A stretch of DNA of 64,000 nt from Eutreptiella sp. 'Long Island Sound 2002' (GCA_964036045.1 OZ038378.1:13826001-13890000), one strand, 5' to 3'; shown: positions 25,888 through 38,473, counted from the stretch's first letter. A program made the numbers and translations. The notes: generated by a model from the sequence alone, not told the origin.

Positions 25888-25983
25888 TATCAAGCAAAGG
25901 CCTGATCCGCACCATCCGCGACAGCGAGGCCGCACTGCCCCCTCGTCGGTGCCGGAAGGGCAGTGTGCTCTCCATCGCCGGCA

Positions 25984-25995
25984 GCTTTCGCACAG
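25984..25995 (+). promoter_or_regulatory. Acceptor-like site 12 nt upstream of the sulfatase ATG (candidate SL trans-splice or 5' UTR acceptor)
   Basis: gctttcgcacag|agcctatctcacATG. Confidence 0.4.
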
Positions 25996-26007
25996 AGCCT
26001 ATCTCAC

Positions 26008-26426
26008 ATGCCGCTGCGCCATGACGCCCCGCGGCCCTGCCTCTTCGGCCTCCTGGCGCTGCTGCTCGCCGCTCTTGTCGGCGCCCATGAGAGGCCCAAC
26101 GTCGTTCTGGTGATGGCGGACGACTTCGGATGGGGCGACCTCGGGGCATTCAACGCCCAGAGCCACTCCGGCGAGACCGTCCCCCCCGTCACCCCGAATC
26201 TGGACCGGCTGGTGCGCGAGGGCACCAGCTTCACCCACTTCCGCACCACAAACCCCGTGTGCTCCCCCTCCCGGGCCTCGTGGATGACGTCCCGCTTCCC
26301 CTCGGCGGAGGGCGTGCAGGCCCCGTTCATTTATCAGTGCACGAGGCAGGCCAATGCACAACTCGGAGTGGCGGACTGGCTGAACCTCTCCACGCCCGTC
26401 CTGACTCGCGAGCTGCGCAGCGCCGG
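26008..26426 (+). CDS. Sulfatase exon 1: signal peptide, PNVVLVMADDFGWGDLG, TPNLDRL, catalytic CSPSR
   Basis: CxPxR formylglycine motif (VCSPSRASWMT), metal-binding DD; gtatct donor, phase 2. Confidence 0.93.
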
Positions 26427-27554
26427 GTATCTGCTCCTTTCCCCCCCTGAAGACGGCCTGTAGCACGGCCCATGCGCTTGCCGCGCGCCTTCGTCGCCCG
26501 TGCACGTGCGGTCATGTGTTGTGTGCCCCTTGTTGGCCTGGGCCGGAGGGCGTCCGTGGAATGCAGTGCTCCGTTGCATGTGCACGTGCCCCGATGATCG
26601 CACCCCTTCCCCCTCATGCTCTTGCACATGCCTGACTACTTGTGGCGTGCAGAGTCCTCTGGGCGACGGGCTTGGCAAAGCCGGCCTCCGGTGAGCGAGG
26701 CCTGTCAGGGGGGTTGGGGGGTTGGGGGGTAAACCAACATCTCTGAGTCAAAAGGGTTAGGGTTACCCTCACAACGCGCCGATCATTTCGTGCACATGGG
26801 GAATTTGCCTTCCCCGACATTGCCTCTTCGGGCTGCGATTTCAAGCGGGTTTTCTGAGTCAATAGTGCCTCCGGTTACGGGAGCACGGGCAGAAAGTACG
26901 CTCGAACCCCCGCCCTCCCCCCCCTTCTCGCTTGCATTGCTCGGTGCTTGCTCAGGACCCCCAATGGCGACCTCGCTTGGGGGTCCCACAAACAGTGTCA
27001 TGCCGGTTGCAGGGCATCGTGCCATACGCACGCCTCGGTACGAGGCGCGCAGGGCATGGGATGGGGTTGGATGGACTCCCTTGAGGCGACAGATCTCGGT
27101 TAGGGGCTATGTCCTCCAGGAGCGGCGCCGCCATTCATGAAATCACCCACGCAGCACAACCCGCCAAGGCCATGGGTAGTGGGTGTACCACAAGCGTGCG
27201 ACAATACCAAGGCGAAGCTCAGCTCTTGCCAGGTAGACAAGGTCGTCTTTTATTGGCAGCAATCACCGCCAGCACGATACAGTGCAACTCAGTACGCATG
27301 CGCTTCAAAGGAGGTCGAAGGATTCGAAGGGCACACGCAGGAGTTGCGATCTCGCACACTGCATGTCATGCACACACCATCATCCGTGGCATGCACACCC
27401 TTTCACTTGCCCCAGTCGTTTGACCGACGCTTTTACAAACGTCCCACTTCTTTTGTTCATCTCTTGCCTTGCACACCCCCTCCGTATTGGGGCATATGCC
27501 TGCAGTACCCCGCAGTACCCTCACGCGCACTTTGTCCCCGACTTCGTTCGGCAG

Positions 27555-27987
27555 GTACCACACGGGCCATTTTGGCAAGTGGCACTTGGGCTGCACACCC
27601 GACGCGCCCTCCCCTGCCGCTTATGGCATCGACGCCTCCGTGACGTACGCCTCCAACCCTCGCAACTCCGCGCAGTTGGGGTCGTTCACTGACCCGTGGC
27701 TGCCTGCCAACAGCTCCCGGCTGATCGTGGATCACGCTGTCGACTTCCTGCAGCGCATCCCCACCGATGACCCCTTCTACCTCAACGTGTGGTTCCACGC
27801 GTCGCATGCGCCCATGAACCCGACCCACGCGCAGCTGCAGCAGTTCCCGGCCTCGCAGTACTGCGCCTGGTCCGGATTCAGCCCGGATTTGTTCTCCACG
27901 TTCTTCCCCTACTGCCCCAAGCAGATCCTGCGGGCCACTCAGTACGACCTGGACCAGCAAGTGGGGCGGCTCTTGGACTATTTGGAG
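27555..27987 (+). CDS. Sulfatase exon 2 (GYHTGHFGKWHLG...PFYLNVWFHASHAP...DLDQQVGRLLDYLE)
   Basis: GKWHLG and xHxP motifs; ggcag/gtggtg. Confidence 0.93.
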
Positions 27988-28333
27988 GTGGTGCACACCC
28001 AGTCTTGCACTGCAATTGTCATCGTTTGTGGACAAAGGAAAGTTGAGCGGAGTGCCTCCGGAGATCTCTAAGTGTTTTTGGGATATCACACGGGTCTGGC
28101 GTCGGAGCACCGAGGACACGAGAGTCTGATGGGGCATAGTGCGGCCTTCAGCGCGTGGGGCACCGTCCCGACCGCGTATGGGGACCGAAGAGGGGCGTGT
28201 GGTTTGGACACTAATCCTTCGTTTGCGTGGATTCGCCCCCCGGACTCTCAGTCCGACCCCCGGCCCAAATCCCCTCAGGCCTCCCCCCCCGGCCCATGGC
28301 AGCTCCAAGCAGACCTCTGACCCCCCTTCTCAG

Positions 28334-28748
28334 GTCTCGGGCCGCGCATCCAACACTTTGGTGGCTTTCGCTGCGGACAACGGCCCCGAAGACCCCGCCA
28401 TGTACCTCCACAGCGTTGGCAACCCCGGGCCGTTCCGCGGCCGCAAGCGGAGCCTGTACGAGGGCGGCATCCGCGTGCCTTTTGTTGTCCGGTGGCCGGG
28501 GGTCATCCCCGCGAACCGGCGCTCGACGGCGCCCCTCAGCCCAGTCGACTGGATGCCGACCGTGGCCCGCCTCGTGGGGCTGCGCCTTGCGCCCGCGGCC
28601 AAGTCCCTCATGAGCGGTGAGGACAACGCGGCGTTGCTACAGGGGCACGTGCACGCCGCCGCACCGCGCCGCATGCCTTTGATGTGGGACTATCGCTTCG
28701 GACAGATTGGGTCCTGTGTTAACGAGAGCCCCCGCGTGGCGATCCTGG
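28334..28748 (+). CDS. Sulfatase exon 3 (NTLVAFAADNGPE...GRKRSLYEGGIRVPFVVRWPG...SPRVAIL)
   Basis: DNG, GxKxSLYEGGIRVP motifs; ctcag/gtattg. Confidence 0.93.
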
Positions 28749-29096
28749 GTATTGCCCCCCCACCCGCTGTGACCAGCAGAGGGGCGCGTCAACCGAAGGG
28801 CTGGGGATGGCTCTGAGACGGTTCTCGGGGCCGCCCCCTCCGGAACCATAGCACAAGAGGGAGGAGGACGGGACAGCCACTACACACCACAAGCCACTGA
28901 CTGTCACTGCCTGACACACACCGCGAGGCAGGGCACTCTGCATTTGCAAGTCAGGGCACCTCGGTCCCGGTGGGAGTGGAAATGGGTGCGGGTTGTGGTC
29001 CTCGCCGTATCGCTGCATGGCAGCAGGTCTGGGGGTTTCAGGTGCTTCGGCGCCCGACGACGAATTGCCATCTGCCACCCAATGATCACGCACAGT

Positions 29097-29773
29097 TCAG
29101 GTCAGCAGACGGCCCCGCCGCAGCGATGCTGGTGAACGAGTGGGAGAACAGCAACAGCGGCACAAACGACACGAGACCCGAGCCGCGCTGCAAATCAACG
29201 AGCAGACGAAACCATTATCAGTTGGTGGGGCTACAATGTCAGCATGATAACAAAGGGGCACTTTCGCGCCACTCAAAGCAGGGCGACAAGGTTTCAAACG
29301 ATCAATACTATATACACGAGGGCCCTGCGGTGTGTCCACCAGATAACGATTTCCCCCTCCCATTTTAGAACTTCAAATCGACCCTGCCAAACCCGCTTCA
29401 GCTTGTCAAAATTTCTTTGTTCCGCCTTCGGCAGATCCCTCAACCAAACTCTATCACCCTCTTCAAAGCTCAGCGAAGAAATGGAGGATGAAAATCGCTT
29501 GGCCACAGCCGCATGCAGTGACTCCAGCTTATTTTTCACGCGCTGACGCTCATCTGCCAGGCGCGAAAAAAAATCCAGGGCGTCCTCACTGCCCTCCTCT
29601 GAAACATACGGAGGGCAGTCCCCAAACCCAGGGGGGTCCCTCCCAAACACCAGGCGGTGTGGGGAATAAGGGGCCACAATCCCGGGGAGATCGTTCAGGC
29701 CCCACACGGTCACAGGCAGTGCATGATACCAATCACCCTTCCGCTGACACAAGTACTTACGTAGGGCCATCAT
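29097..29773 (-). mobile_element. Gypsy-type LTR retrotransposon integrase C-terminal remnant inside sulfatase intron 3
   Basis: GDWYHALPVTVWGLNDLPG...YSPHRLVFGRDP...FEEGDRVWLR...KLKRVWQGRFEV, frameshifted to NRYLVDTPQGPRVYSIDRLKP (GPY/F module). Confidence 0.9.
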
Positions 29774-30688
29774 GACCCCCTATACAGCAGACTCCGCCCT
29801 GCCATTTCCACAACAAGTTCATCATGCCCATTGGCGGACGGATGTTTTCAGGGTCCATTATGGGCCCTGGAATGGGACTGGGCCATACGCCCGTGTTGTG
29901 GTGCGTTGTAGTGGCGTTGTTGTGCATTGGGGGGGCGCCTCCCACACATGCGACGATCCTTGACCTGCTGGAGGAGCTGCGCTGGGGGAGGCGTTGGGGT
30001 ATGTGACCGACCCTGTGAGAACGCTTTTCCTGTGGCGCCTGCAGCACGCCCTGCGGCGGGCAGTCTGGGAAACTTGCCTAATTGTGGAATTGCAGTTTCT
30101 ACATTGCTGACCAACAAAACGAAGCCCATGTGAGTTGTATTGAAGTTCTTGTTGCTCATTTTTCTTTTTGTTTTTCCCTTTTACAAAATACTCCATTGCC
30201 AGCACAGTGCCCAAACCCAAATCCGCGTGTGGCCAAACCTGAACCTCACGAAATGCAGTCTCCGCAGAGCGGTGGGAGTAGGCACTTGGGAAAGTATTTG
30301 CTGCAAAGCGACGGGGGTAGGCATTGTGTTGGTGGGTGCAATTAATGAGAACAGCATGACTAGGCTGCCACTAACACTGACACACAACCATGGTACAACC
30401 AAGTACTTTGCCATTGTGTGACATGTTGTTGCTTGAGCCAAGGGGTACGGGGAAAGAAGTAGCACCGAGGCCCTGCCCGAGGGGTTACTACCCCTCCTCC
30501 TTAACCACAGGACAAGGACGACATTCCCATCCACACTTCTGCCTAGTCTTCGCAGTGATCGAGCGATAGTGTCAAAAGATCACCGTGCACCATTCCTTAT
30601 CAGTCATCAGGCTTGTTTCCTCAACAGTCTGCAATAAAATAGGTTTCTGTGACCCTGCGGCGCAGAAAGCGTTCTTTGTGCCACTCAG

Positions 30689-30990
30689 ACCCTGCGAACC
30701 CCGACCTCAAGCTGCTTTGCAATGCGGACGGCTCCAGAGCCGAGCTGTACAACGTCACGGCGGATGTGTTCGAGACCAACAATTTGGCGGCGGCGATGCC
30801 CGAGACCGTGGCCACGCTGTCGAGGACTGTCATCACGTGGGCCCTGGCGCAGCCGCAGTCGCCGCCTGAGAGCGTGCAGATCGGGCCTGGCTGCGGGCTG
30901 CACATCGCGAGAGAAGGCTATCGCCCCGTGACTGTGGAATTCACGGACACGCTGCCCGAGTTCCTGCATCGCAGCGGAGGCCCGCAATGA
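30689..30990 (+). CDS. Sulfatase exon 4 (DPANPDLKLLCNADGSRAELYNVTADVFETNNLA...HRSGGPQ*)
   Basis: KLL...ELYxxxxDxxExxNLA C-terminal sulfatase motif; ctcag acceptor, TGA stop. Confidence 0.9.
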
Positions 30991-32217
30991 GGGCGGGGGC
31001 GCGGTGCACCAGACCCTCGGACAGATCTGCAGGGAGGCGCTTCTGCCTGCCCTCTGCTTTCTGGTGATGGTGGGCCAGGTGACGGCTACCCAGGAGCAGG
31101 GGCTGGGAGGGACAGGGCTTGAATTGCACGGGGTGGGGAAGGGACGCAGGGTGGTGTGGTGAGGGTTGGGGGGCACGGGGTATCAGCGGTGATCAGAAAG
31201 ACAATTCCGCAAATCGGCTGGAACATCTGGCGTCAAACACACCGCGCTATCACAGAGGCAAAGGAATGTATGACTACAGAGTGAGGAAGCGAGTCCGCAG
31301 CCATCGACCACGGTGTCTACTGCCAACAAGCTTCATATGCCGTCATTCTCAGTGAAGCGTGCTCTCCAAGAACCATAACACAGCACTAGGGGGTCGGTTC
31401 ACCATCATGAGTGGTGACCTTCATTTCCAAGGCATGCCGCCCTTAGCGCATTCTCGGGGAGGGGGGGCTCCCCGGCGTAAACCGGCCATTTTCTCCATTT
31501 TCATCCTTGCCACTTTCGACTCGCCTCAAGGTCTCTCATGGCCCGAGGAAACTATGCTGCCGCATGCCTTCGGTGATATTCACAGTCATGCACCTCCAAG
31601 TACACCAGGAATTGATCTCGAGGCTCCCGAGCGGTGCCCAAAGGCAAAACGGGGTCAGCCGCTGGATGCTGGAGTGACGCCCGTACCGCTGCGTTGTACA
31701 TTATTCTCGCTGTTGTTCGTTTTCCAGGTCAAATGCCCCTAGAAATGCCGGGGGGGCAGTGCCCACTGGAACATCGGTGTATTGGACCCAATTCCTCAAA
31801 GTGTGACCAATGCTGCAGCACAAATGGCCGTGCCCCCACCACGCCCACACCCCATCTACATGCGGTTTTGTTTGCAGGGGGGTGGCCCTCGTGAAGGGGT
31901 TTTGGGTTAAGAGTAGCGGCCCCGTTGGCATCAATGGTGTGGGGATGTTCGCACTCCCAGGGGCATTTGGTCCTCTTCAACCCACTTCCTTGGTGCAACA
32001 ATTGCTTCTGCAAGACACGCCCTCACCCCTACTTGTGCTCTGAAGACACACCCTCGCTTTGTGGCTTGAGGAACAATGCCTCCATGGTCATCCCCTTGTA
32101 TTGGACTGTGGTATTCAACCCTCCACTCTGGTCGGCATTTCTGGCTGCCGTCACGCAATTTATTGAGTCCACACCGGACACCTGCAGACAGGGCTCGTCG
32201 TGCACTATGGACCGCCT

Positions 32218-32322
32218 ATGAAACGTGATGAAACGCTCATTAAACGCCAGGAAACGCCCACGAAACGCTATGAAATGCGAATGAAACGCTATGGAACGCC
32301 CATTGAACGCTACGTAACGCTT
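32218..32322. repeat. Degenerate ~11-bp GAAACGC repeat cluster
   Basis: Repeated (t)gaaacgc motifs. Confidence 0.7.
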
Positions 32323-35300
32323 GTGCCTGGAATGAAATTTCATGCCCAGCTCTTTTAGCTTGTGGCTCTGCATCACAGTCCTCACAGTCTCAAAGCAACT
32401 CGGCGATTTGGGCCCTTGGGGTCCTGCAGCAGTTGAAGGAGTGCGTGTTCACCAAAAAAAGGACCCCAACCGCCCGGGCCACTTTTGCTGTGACTTGGGA
32501 GTTCCGTACAAATGTGCTGCAGACAACTCACATCCTCTGCCGCCCAGGAGGCTCCTGGCCTGAGCATACACGGGGCGGTATGATCACAGGGCTGATCACA
32601 GGGCATCGGGGACTTGGCGCTCAGAGGGACACGAAAGCAGCAGGCTCTACAGCCAACCAGCCCCCCGTCGCCCTTCCCGGGGGCCACAGGGCACGTAATG
32701 CCGATGACGGAGGAGAGGAATGCACTGCGGCCACACGGCACAACAGCGAGCACCTGTGCAGTTTGTTGTACCCCAAACAGACAGAAGACCGCAAACTGGT
32801 TCGGATCACCCTCTGATCTGATTGGGGGCAAAGGGGTGCATTGCGATTCCGAAGCTTTGATAACTCTCACGGGCACGCGGCGTGATGACCAAGCGGACTT
32901 CGCCGAAGATGATCCCCCAGACGACGACGTGTCCACCTCACCCTTCTGTGTCCAGCGGTCGCATTGTCCAACGATCACTTGGTGATCGCACCGCATTTTT
33001 TCGCTACCGAGTTCAATACGTCCTGTCTTTTGGGGAACAAGAGCCAGGCTTTAGGGTTGCAGAAATGAGGGCTAGTGTGCCATATCCTTGCACTGATGAG
33101 TGTGCAAAGGGTTGTCCTGGGTGTTATGCAACGACATAGGCAACACCAAGAAATCCCTCAAGCCGGGAGAGCATGTCCAGCTCTTTAGGATGAAGACGGA
33201 CCGCAAAAAGGGCCTCTACTCTGAGAAGTGCCAATTTGAAGCCTCTGGATCATGTTGTGCTTTGCATGGGCTGGGTGTGTTGTGCTCAGGGTGGTGTTAT
33301 GGGTCGAGGTATGTTGCCCACATGTTCACACGCAACAATCGTTGTGCCCAATGATAACTGTGTCCAACGATCATTAGGGGATTTTATTTTTTTTTGAGGT
33401 CTTTGGTGGTCGCTGGACATCGGGCGCGGGTACCCATGTCGACGCCCGGACTGGCTGGCGTCCAAGCCAGCCCTCAGCCATTTTGTTCTGTGGACAATGG
33501 CAATGAGGATGGCAGGACTGAGTTGGGGCCCCTCGCTCAACCCCCAGTGATTTTGTTGCCTGTGTCGGTCAGTGCCGGTGAGGCGGCGCCCTTGAGGGTC
33601 GTCACTATTGGGCGACCCCCCTCACCCGGGACAAAGACCAAAGTCAATGTGCAACATCGGTGGCGCTGGTAAAGAGGCACACTTCACACCATTCTAGCGC
33701 CAAGCTTAGGTATGTGTGTTTGGGGCGGAGCGGGCCCAGATGTGGGGATTTTGGGGTCACCTTCACAAAGACATGACTCGCCACGGCTACTACAGAAGGC
33801 CTTCAGGACAAATAAATTCACAGTACCACAGTTCTTCGTCGCTCTCTAGCAGATGGACGAGCCAATTCATCCGCAGGACCGAGTCGCCTAGCATCAATAC
33901 CACTTGATGTTCGGTAGCCCCAGCCTATGATAGTTGAAAAGTATTGATTCTTGGGCTCAAATACCAAAAAATGATGCTGTTTGGTGGAAAAACACCAGAA
34001 TCACGTATCTCCCCCCTTGCGGCACCGCCATGCGTCGTCCCCAATCCATCTTATTTTTGGAGAGAGGGACTGTTGTGCCCCACCTTGGGCACCAGGATCG
34101 AATCTGAAATCGATCCCAGATTTTGAGAGAAAATGAATTTTCAACATTTTTTGGCCAAACATTGAGAAATGCGGAACACCGTGTTGGGGCAGATCTTACC
34201 GCGGTCACAGGAGCAAGAGGACGATGCCAAACGACATAAGGAACCCCAAACTGCCAATGAATTGGACAGCATTCTGCTGGTTTTGTGCAACTAGCGTCTT
34301 TAGTCAGGCAATGCATTAAGAGGGAAAGTTAGTGCACGGGTGCACACTGGCCATCTGCTCAGGCCCAAACGCTCCTGTCTAGCGCTATACCAAGTGTTAT
34401 CCAAGAATTCGTGACCTGATACACCAGGAGCCAATGAACCACGTTGCTTTTCTTGACTTTGGAGTCCCCGATACGGAAGGGTCCATGCCGTATTACTCTC
34501 TGCTGGCAGGATACCCTTGCAGACACATGGTACCTCCCAAGACATTATGCCCCCGTTGAAGGCCTGCCCAAACTGCAGCTGCTCACCATTGGACACCGGA
34601 GCGCCTGTATTACCGTGCCATTCTCGGCCCACTTGGGAATTGAACTGGGGCCTGTTGATAAGCAGCTCTGCTGCATAACCACTAACACACGCACCAGTGA
34701 GCTGCAGACCTGCACCCTAATGCCTGGACTGGTCAGGGATAGGGGGTATCCGGCCCCGATAACCCCTACCCTAGGGCTTCTTCGACTTGAAGGATGCGTC
34801 ACATCAGACAGCATTGGCACCAAAGGCACCAAGGCAAGTGTGCCTGCGGTCACTTCACTGTGACTTGCAGATGATTGAGATGTGGAGCCAGAATCGGTAC
34901 ACTGAAGCACTCCAATTCAGCCAGACCACTTCCCCACCATCCGGGAACAAACAGTGTGCACAATTTCTTCTGGCATTCTTACATAGCCGTAATGGCTACA
35001 CCTTCCAGAACAGTGGCATTGCATTGGCTGAAAAATGCAATTTGCCCAGACTGTAGTCCATCCACAAGGTGCTACTCAAACCAGCCAAGGGAGATATGAA
35101 AGAAGACGCTTGGGCTTACTTTTGTGCCAAATGGTCGCTGCTTGCTCCAATTGTGACCGGAGGAATCAATGCTGTCCAACCAGATTGGCTGCCAACCAGT
35201 GTCGACTTTTTTTTGTTGGATTTTTGCAGTTCAGGAACACCAGTAGGTCACTCAACTTGGAAAATGGGGACACCAGTGTTTTCAGTGGTGAACAGAGCCC

Positions 35301-36288
35301 TTTTTGAGACTTGTGCAGCACAGTCCAGCATTCAACACCTCACGGAACATTGCAAGTCACGGGGTAGCTTGGCCAGTCACTCAGATTACTTTCATGAAGG
35401 GACGAGACTTGTGACAGCACAAAGCACACGCCTCATCCCAACCATCATCCCAACCATCTGCCTCATCCCAACCATCATATTGGCAGCTGTCCCATGGTTG
35501 CACCCCATCGTAGATAACGGGGGGAAACAGACCTGCCTCCGGAAACAAATTTGGAGACTCCAAACAGGCCATGGCCACCAGTTGTGTGAGAAATGCTCTT
35601 GACAACAGAATTACTATTGGCAACGTCCCTATGGGGTGTGCTTGCCTGGCACGCTGCTTTGGGGCAGTTGTCCGGGACTCTAGACCTCGATTTCCCATCT
35701 CCTGGAGACACCCCAAAGCACACCAAGAAATGGGCATCCTACCAGCCAAATCAACTCAAAGCCCATCCCTACAGAGCACACACACAAATGCAAGTATTTC
35801 ACGTTCAAATTGCAGCCATGACTGTGACCTTGTGACCATGTGACCTTTATTGTTCATAGTAAACACTTCTGTCCCCACAAGTGGGTGGGTCAATACATTC
35901 TGCACATAAATTTCTTTACACTCACCACACATTCTGGCGGTGCACAGGGGCAGTCGTGTCCGATTCGGGATGTGCATTTGTCTGCAAGCCCCTTGCCCTG
36001 CACAAACAAGGCGAATAGTCTGAAGTGCAGTGCGAGCGGTGCGATACAGTGCAGTAGTGCAATACAGTGCAGTACGGTGCAGTGCGGTGCCGTCATCCCC
36101 TTTGCATGTAGATGCTCGTGACTGAAGATATGGCAAAGGGGACCGGACTGCACCTCAAACCCACAGCACTCCCCACGTGATGCACGACCTGCCCTTGCGT
36201 GGCGTAGCGGCGCTCCTGTGTGTGTGTGGATTTGCAACTCCTCGAATACCTCAAGTGTCCCATCCGCCCTCCCGCATTTCTGCGTCAG

Positions 36289-36353
36289 GGATACTGAAGA
36301 CCAAGTCGACTCATGTGGGAACAGCACCGCGTGGCGCTTGTGGGAATCTGCGG
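36289..36353 (+). CDS. MBTPS1: S1P exon 4 (GDTEDQVDSCGNSTAWRLWESA)
   Basis: gtcag acceptor, gtttgc donor; phase 2 to 1 links exon 3 to exon 5; weak sequence conservation. Confidence 0.6.
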
Positions 36354-38473
36354 GTTTGCCATCATTTCCTTCCCAGCCCCGGCCCGAGCCCCAGGCCTGG
36401 CCCCTCCCGGTGCGATTCCTGTTTACCGGAGGTCCCCAAAGCGCGGATGCCGTGTCGATTGGTGCCGGCACGAGGGGTGCCGCAGGGGTCCCTACGCAGG
36501 CGAAGCTGAACCTGCCATTGGTTTGTGGCATTGTAACAGAGTCGGTGATGGTGCAGAACATCCACTCAAACAAGGGGATGTGGGTAGCTGCTTGCGAGCT
36601 CTCGTCGCTGACCTCTCGTCATACCTGTTGACAGCAGATCTGAGAAGGCATACGGTTCTGGTGCTGGTTTGCCTGCCTTGGTTGACCTGCAAGACCACGG
36701 TTGATGCAGGACAGAGAGGGCTGAAAGCGCAGGGTGGATCGGGTGCTGTGCAATACTGGACTCTTTTGAACCAGCACAACATGCAGCAACAGGCAGGGCC
36801 ACAGCCTACGGCCTCGACAGTGCACTGTGTTATATGCTCCGATGCAGCTTGTCCAAGCTCCACAAGGCGTGTGGGGCTGGATGAATTCCGTGCCTTGCTA
36901 CAGCTGCGACAGTTTGTCCGTCAGTGTTGACCACCATAAAGACATTATCTGCGTGGACAGCACGTCACTACTCCCCCCCGCATCATGGCATCAGTCAGGG
37001 GGTGTGTGAGTACCCCCCTTGCCATCCCCCATCCGGCGGGTGGCAACCCCCCCAACCCCACCCGCCGCCGCCCTGCTTTGGACTTTGCTCTTACAACCGC
37101 TGCGGAGGTGATGTGTGCCTTCGAGGTCTCAAATCGAAAAATTCCAGAAGGATGGTTCATTTGCCGTGAGGCTATGCCACGCGAATACCCCCGACAAGTG
37201 GAGGGTATGCAGCATTTTCCCATACCTCACCCCCAAAGGTATCCAAAAACCCTTTTCTTGTGGGCTCGCACCGTCGCCTGAGTGACTGCTGGGCAAAGGG
37301 GGTTGGGGCGGAGGATAGGCATGTCCTGCGGGCAGGCTATTCAAGGGGCTTTAAAACAGTTTGGATGGAGCGTGCGTTGTAGGCGGCGGTGAAGCTGCTC
37401 CCGCCTCTCTGCCCTGCGCGACGAAGAGGCCAAGAGGATATAGCAAGTCGCTAACAACCGCAGTGACACCGCACAAACAAACCGAACCTCCCCTAAGTGT
37501 TTGTTGCCGTTCATTTGACGCTCCCCGGCCCTCTGGGGGACGACGTGGGGTGGGAGCTGACAAGGAGGGGCGCTGGGGGGGGGGGGGTAATGCTGTTGCA
37601 ACCTGTGACCCCACTGAATCCCCGGCACAGCCTCGTCAAAACCCTTGCATGGTGCTTTTGATGGGTAGCGTCTGAGGCCGGAGGCAGAAGAACAAGTAGC
37701 GAGCGGTGTAGAGAAGGACAGAAAGAGACGGGTATCCCGTGCTTCAAAACGACATTGTTTTTGCGCGTGACCCACGGGCATGTGGTACTTGGGTATGTGA
37801 GGGCCATTCCTGTGGAAGGGCCCCAGCATGTGCAGGAGTTCAAGACTCTCGATGACTGAAAGAGGAAGTTCCACACTGCCCCTGTCACACACTCGGCCCA
37901 GCAGGCCTTGCAGTGCGTGGCACGATTTTGCGGCCTTATCTCTGTGCTTTGGACGGTCCTGGGCAGCCTCACAAAACACCCATCGACATCGGTGTCCAGC
38001 CCTCCCGTCGCCCCTTGGAAGGGGGGGTGCACAACTGGTGGGGGGGCGGGGGGGGGGCTGTATCCGTCCACTGTGTCTGACCGGAGGTGCTGTGGTCAAG
38101 AATGCACGTGTCCCGTTCTTTCAAGTCAAGTACGCCTGGGCCCAGCGATGAGCAGAGGTGATGTCTGGGGCCGACACAATGACGAAGACGAAAAGGCATC
38201 GGGAACTAACTCCGTTTGATGACCCCCCCGACCTGCCCCACACCTGCCGCTCCGCCCGTCGTTTTTTTTTTTTGAAGCGTCCCACTGGCCACTCTCTCCC
38301 ACAACCCTCTCGTCTTCTGCCCCCCTTCGAGCGCATCTCTGAGGACAGCCGTCGGTGACGTGTATCCCGTGCCCCACCGGATGTCCTGTGGTTCCGTGTT
38401 GCTGGTCCACAAACCTCTTGTGCTCCGGTCGGGTCTGCACACACCCCCACCCCCCCTCTTCCCCTCGGCGCAG

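Larger units (their letters stand above)
26008..30990 (+). other. Complete secreted formylglycine-dependent (S1) sulfatase gene, 4 exons, 522 aa, nested in S1P intron 3
   Basis: Exons of 419+433+415+302 nt (1569 nt) join in frame from ATG to TGA with GT-AG introns; all sulfatase motifs present. Confidence 0.92.

Noticed and set aside
26752-26766. Telomeric AGGGTTAGGGTTA
   Set aside because: Only two units, inside an intron repeat
37030-38150. LTTAAE (37107) joined to YAWAQ (38130) as the S1P mature N-terminus
   Set aside because: Exon 38474-38568 matches far better and fits the phases
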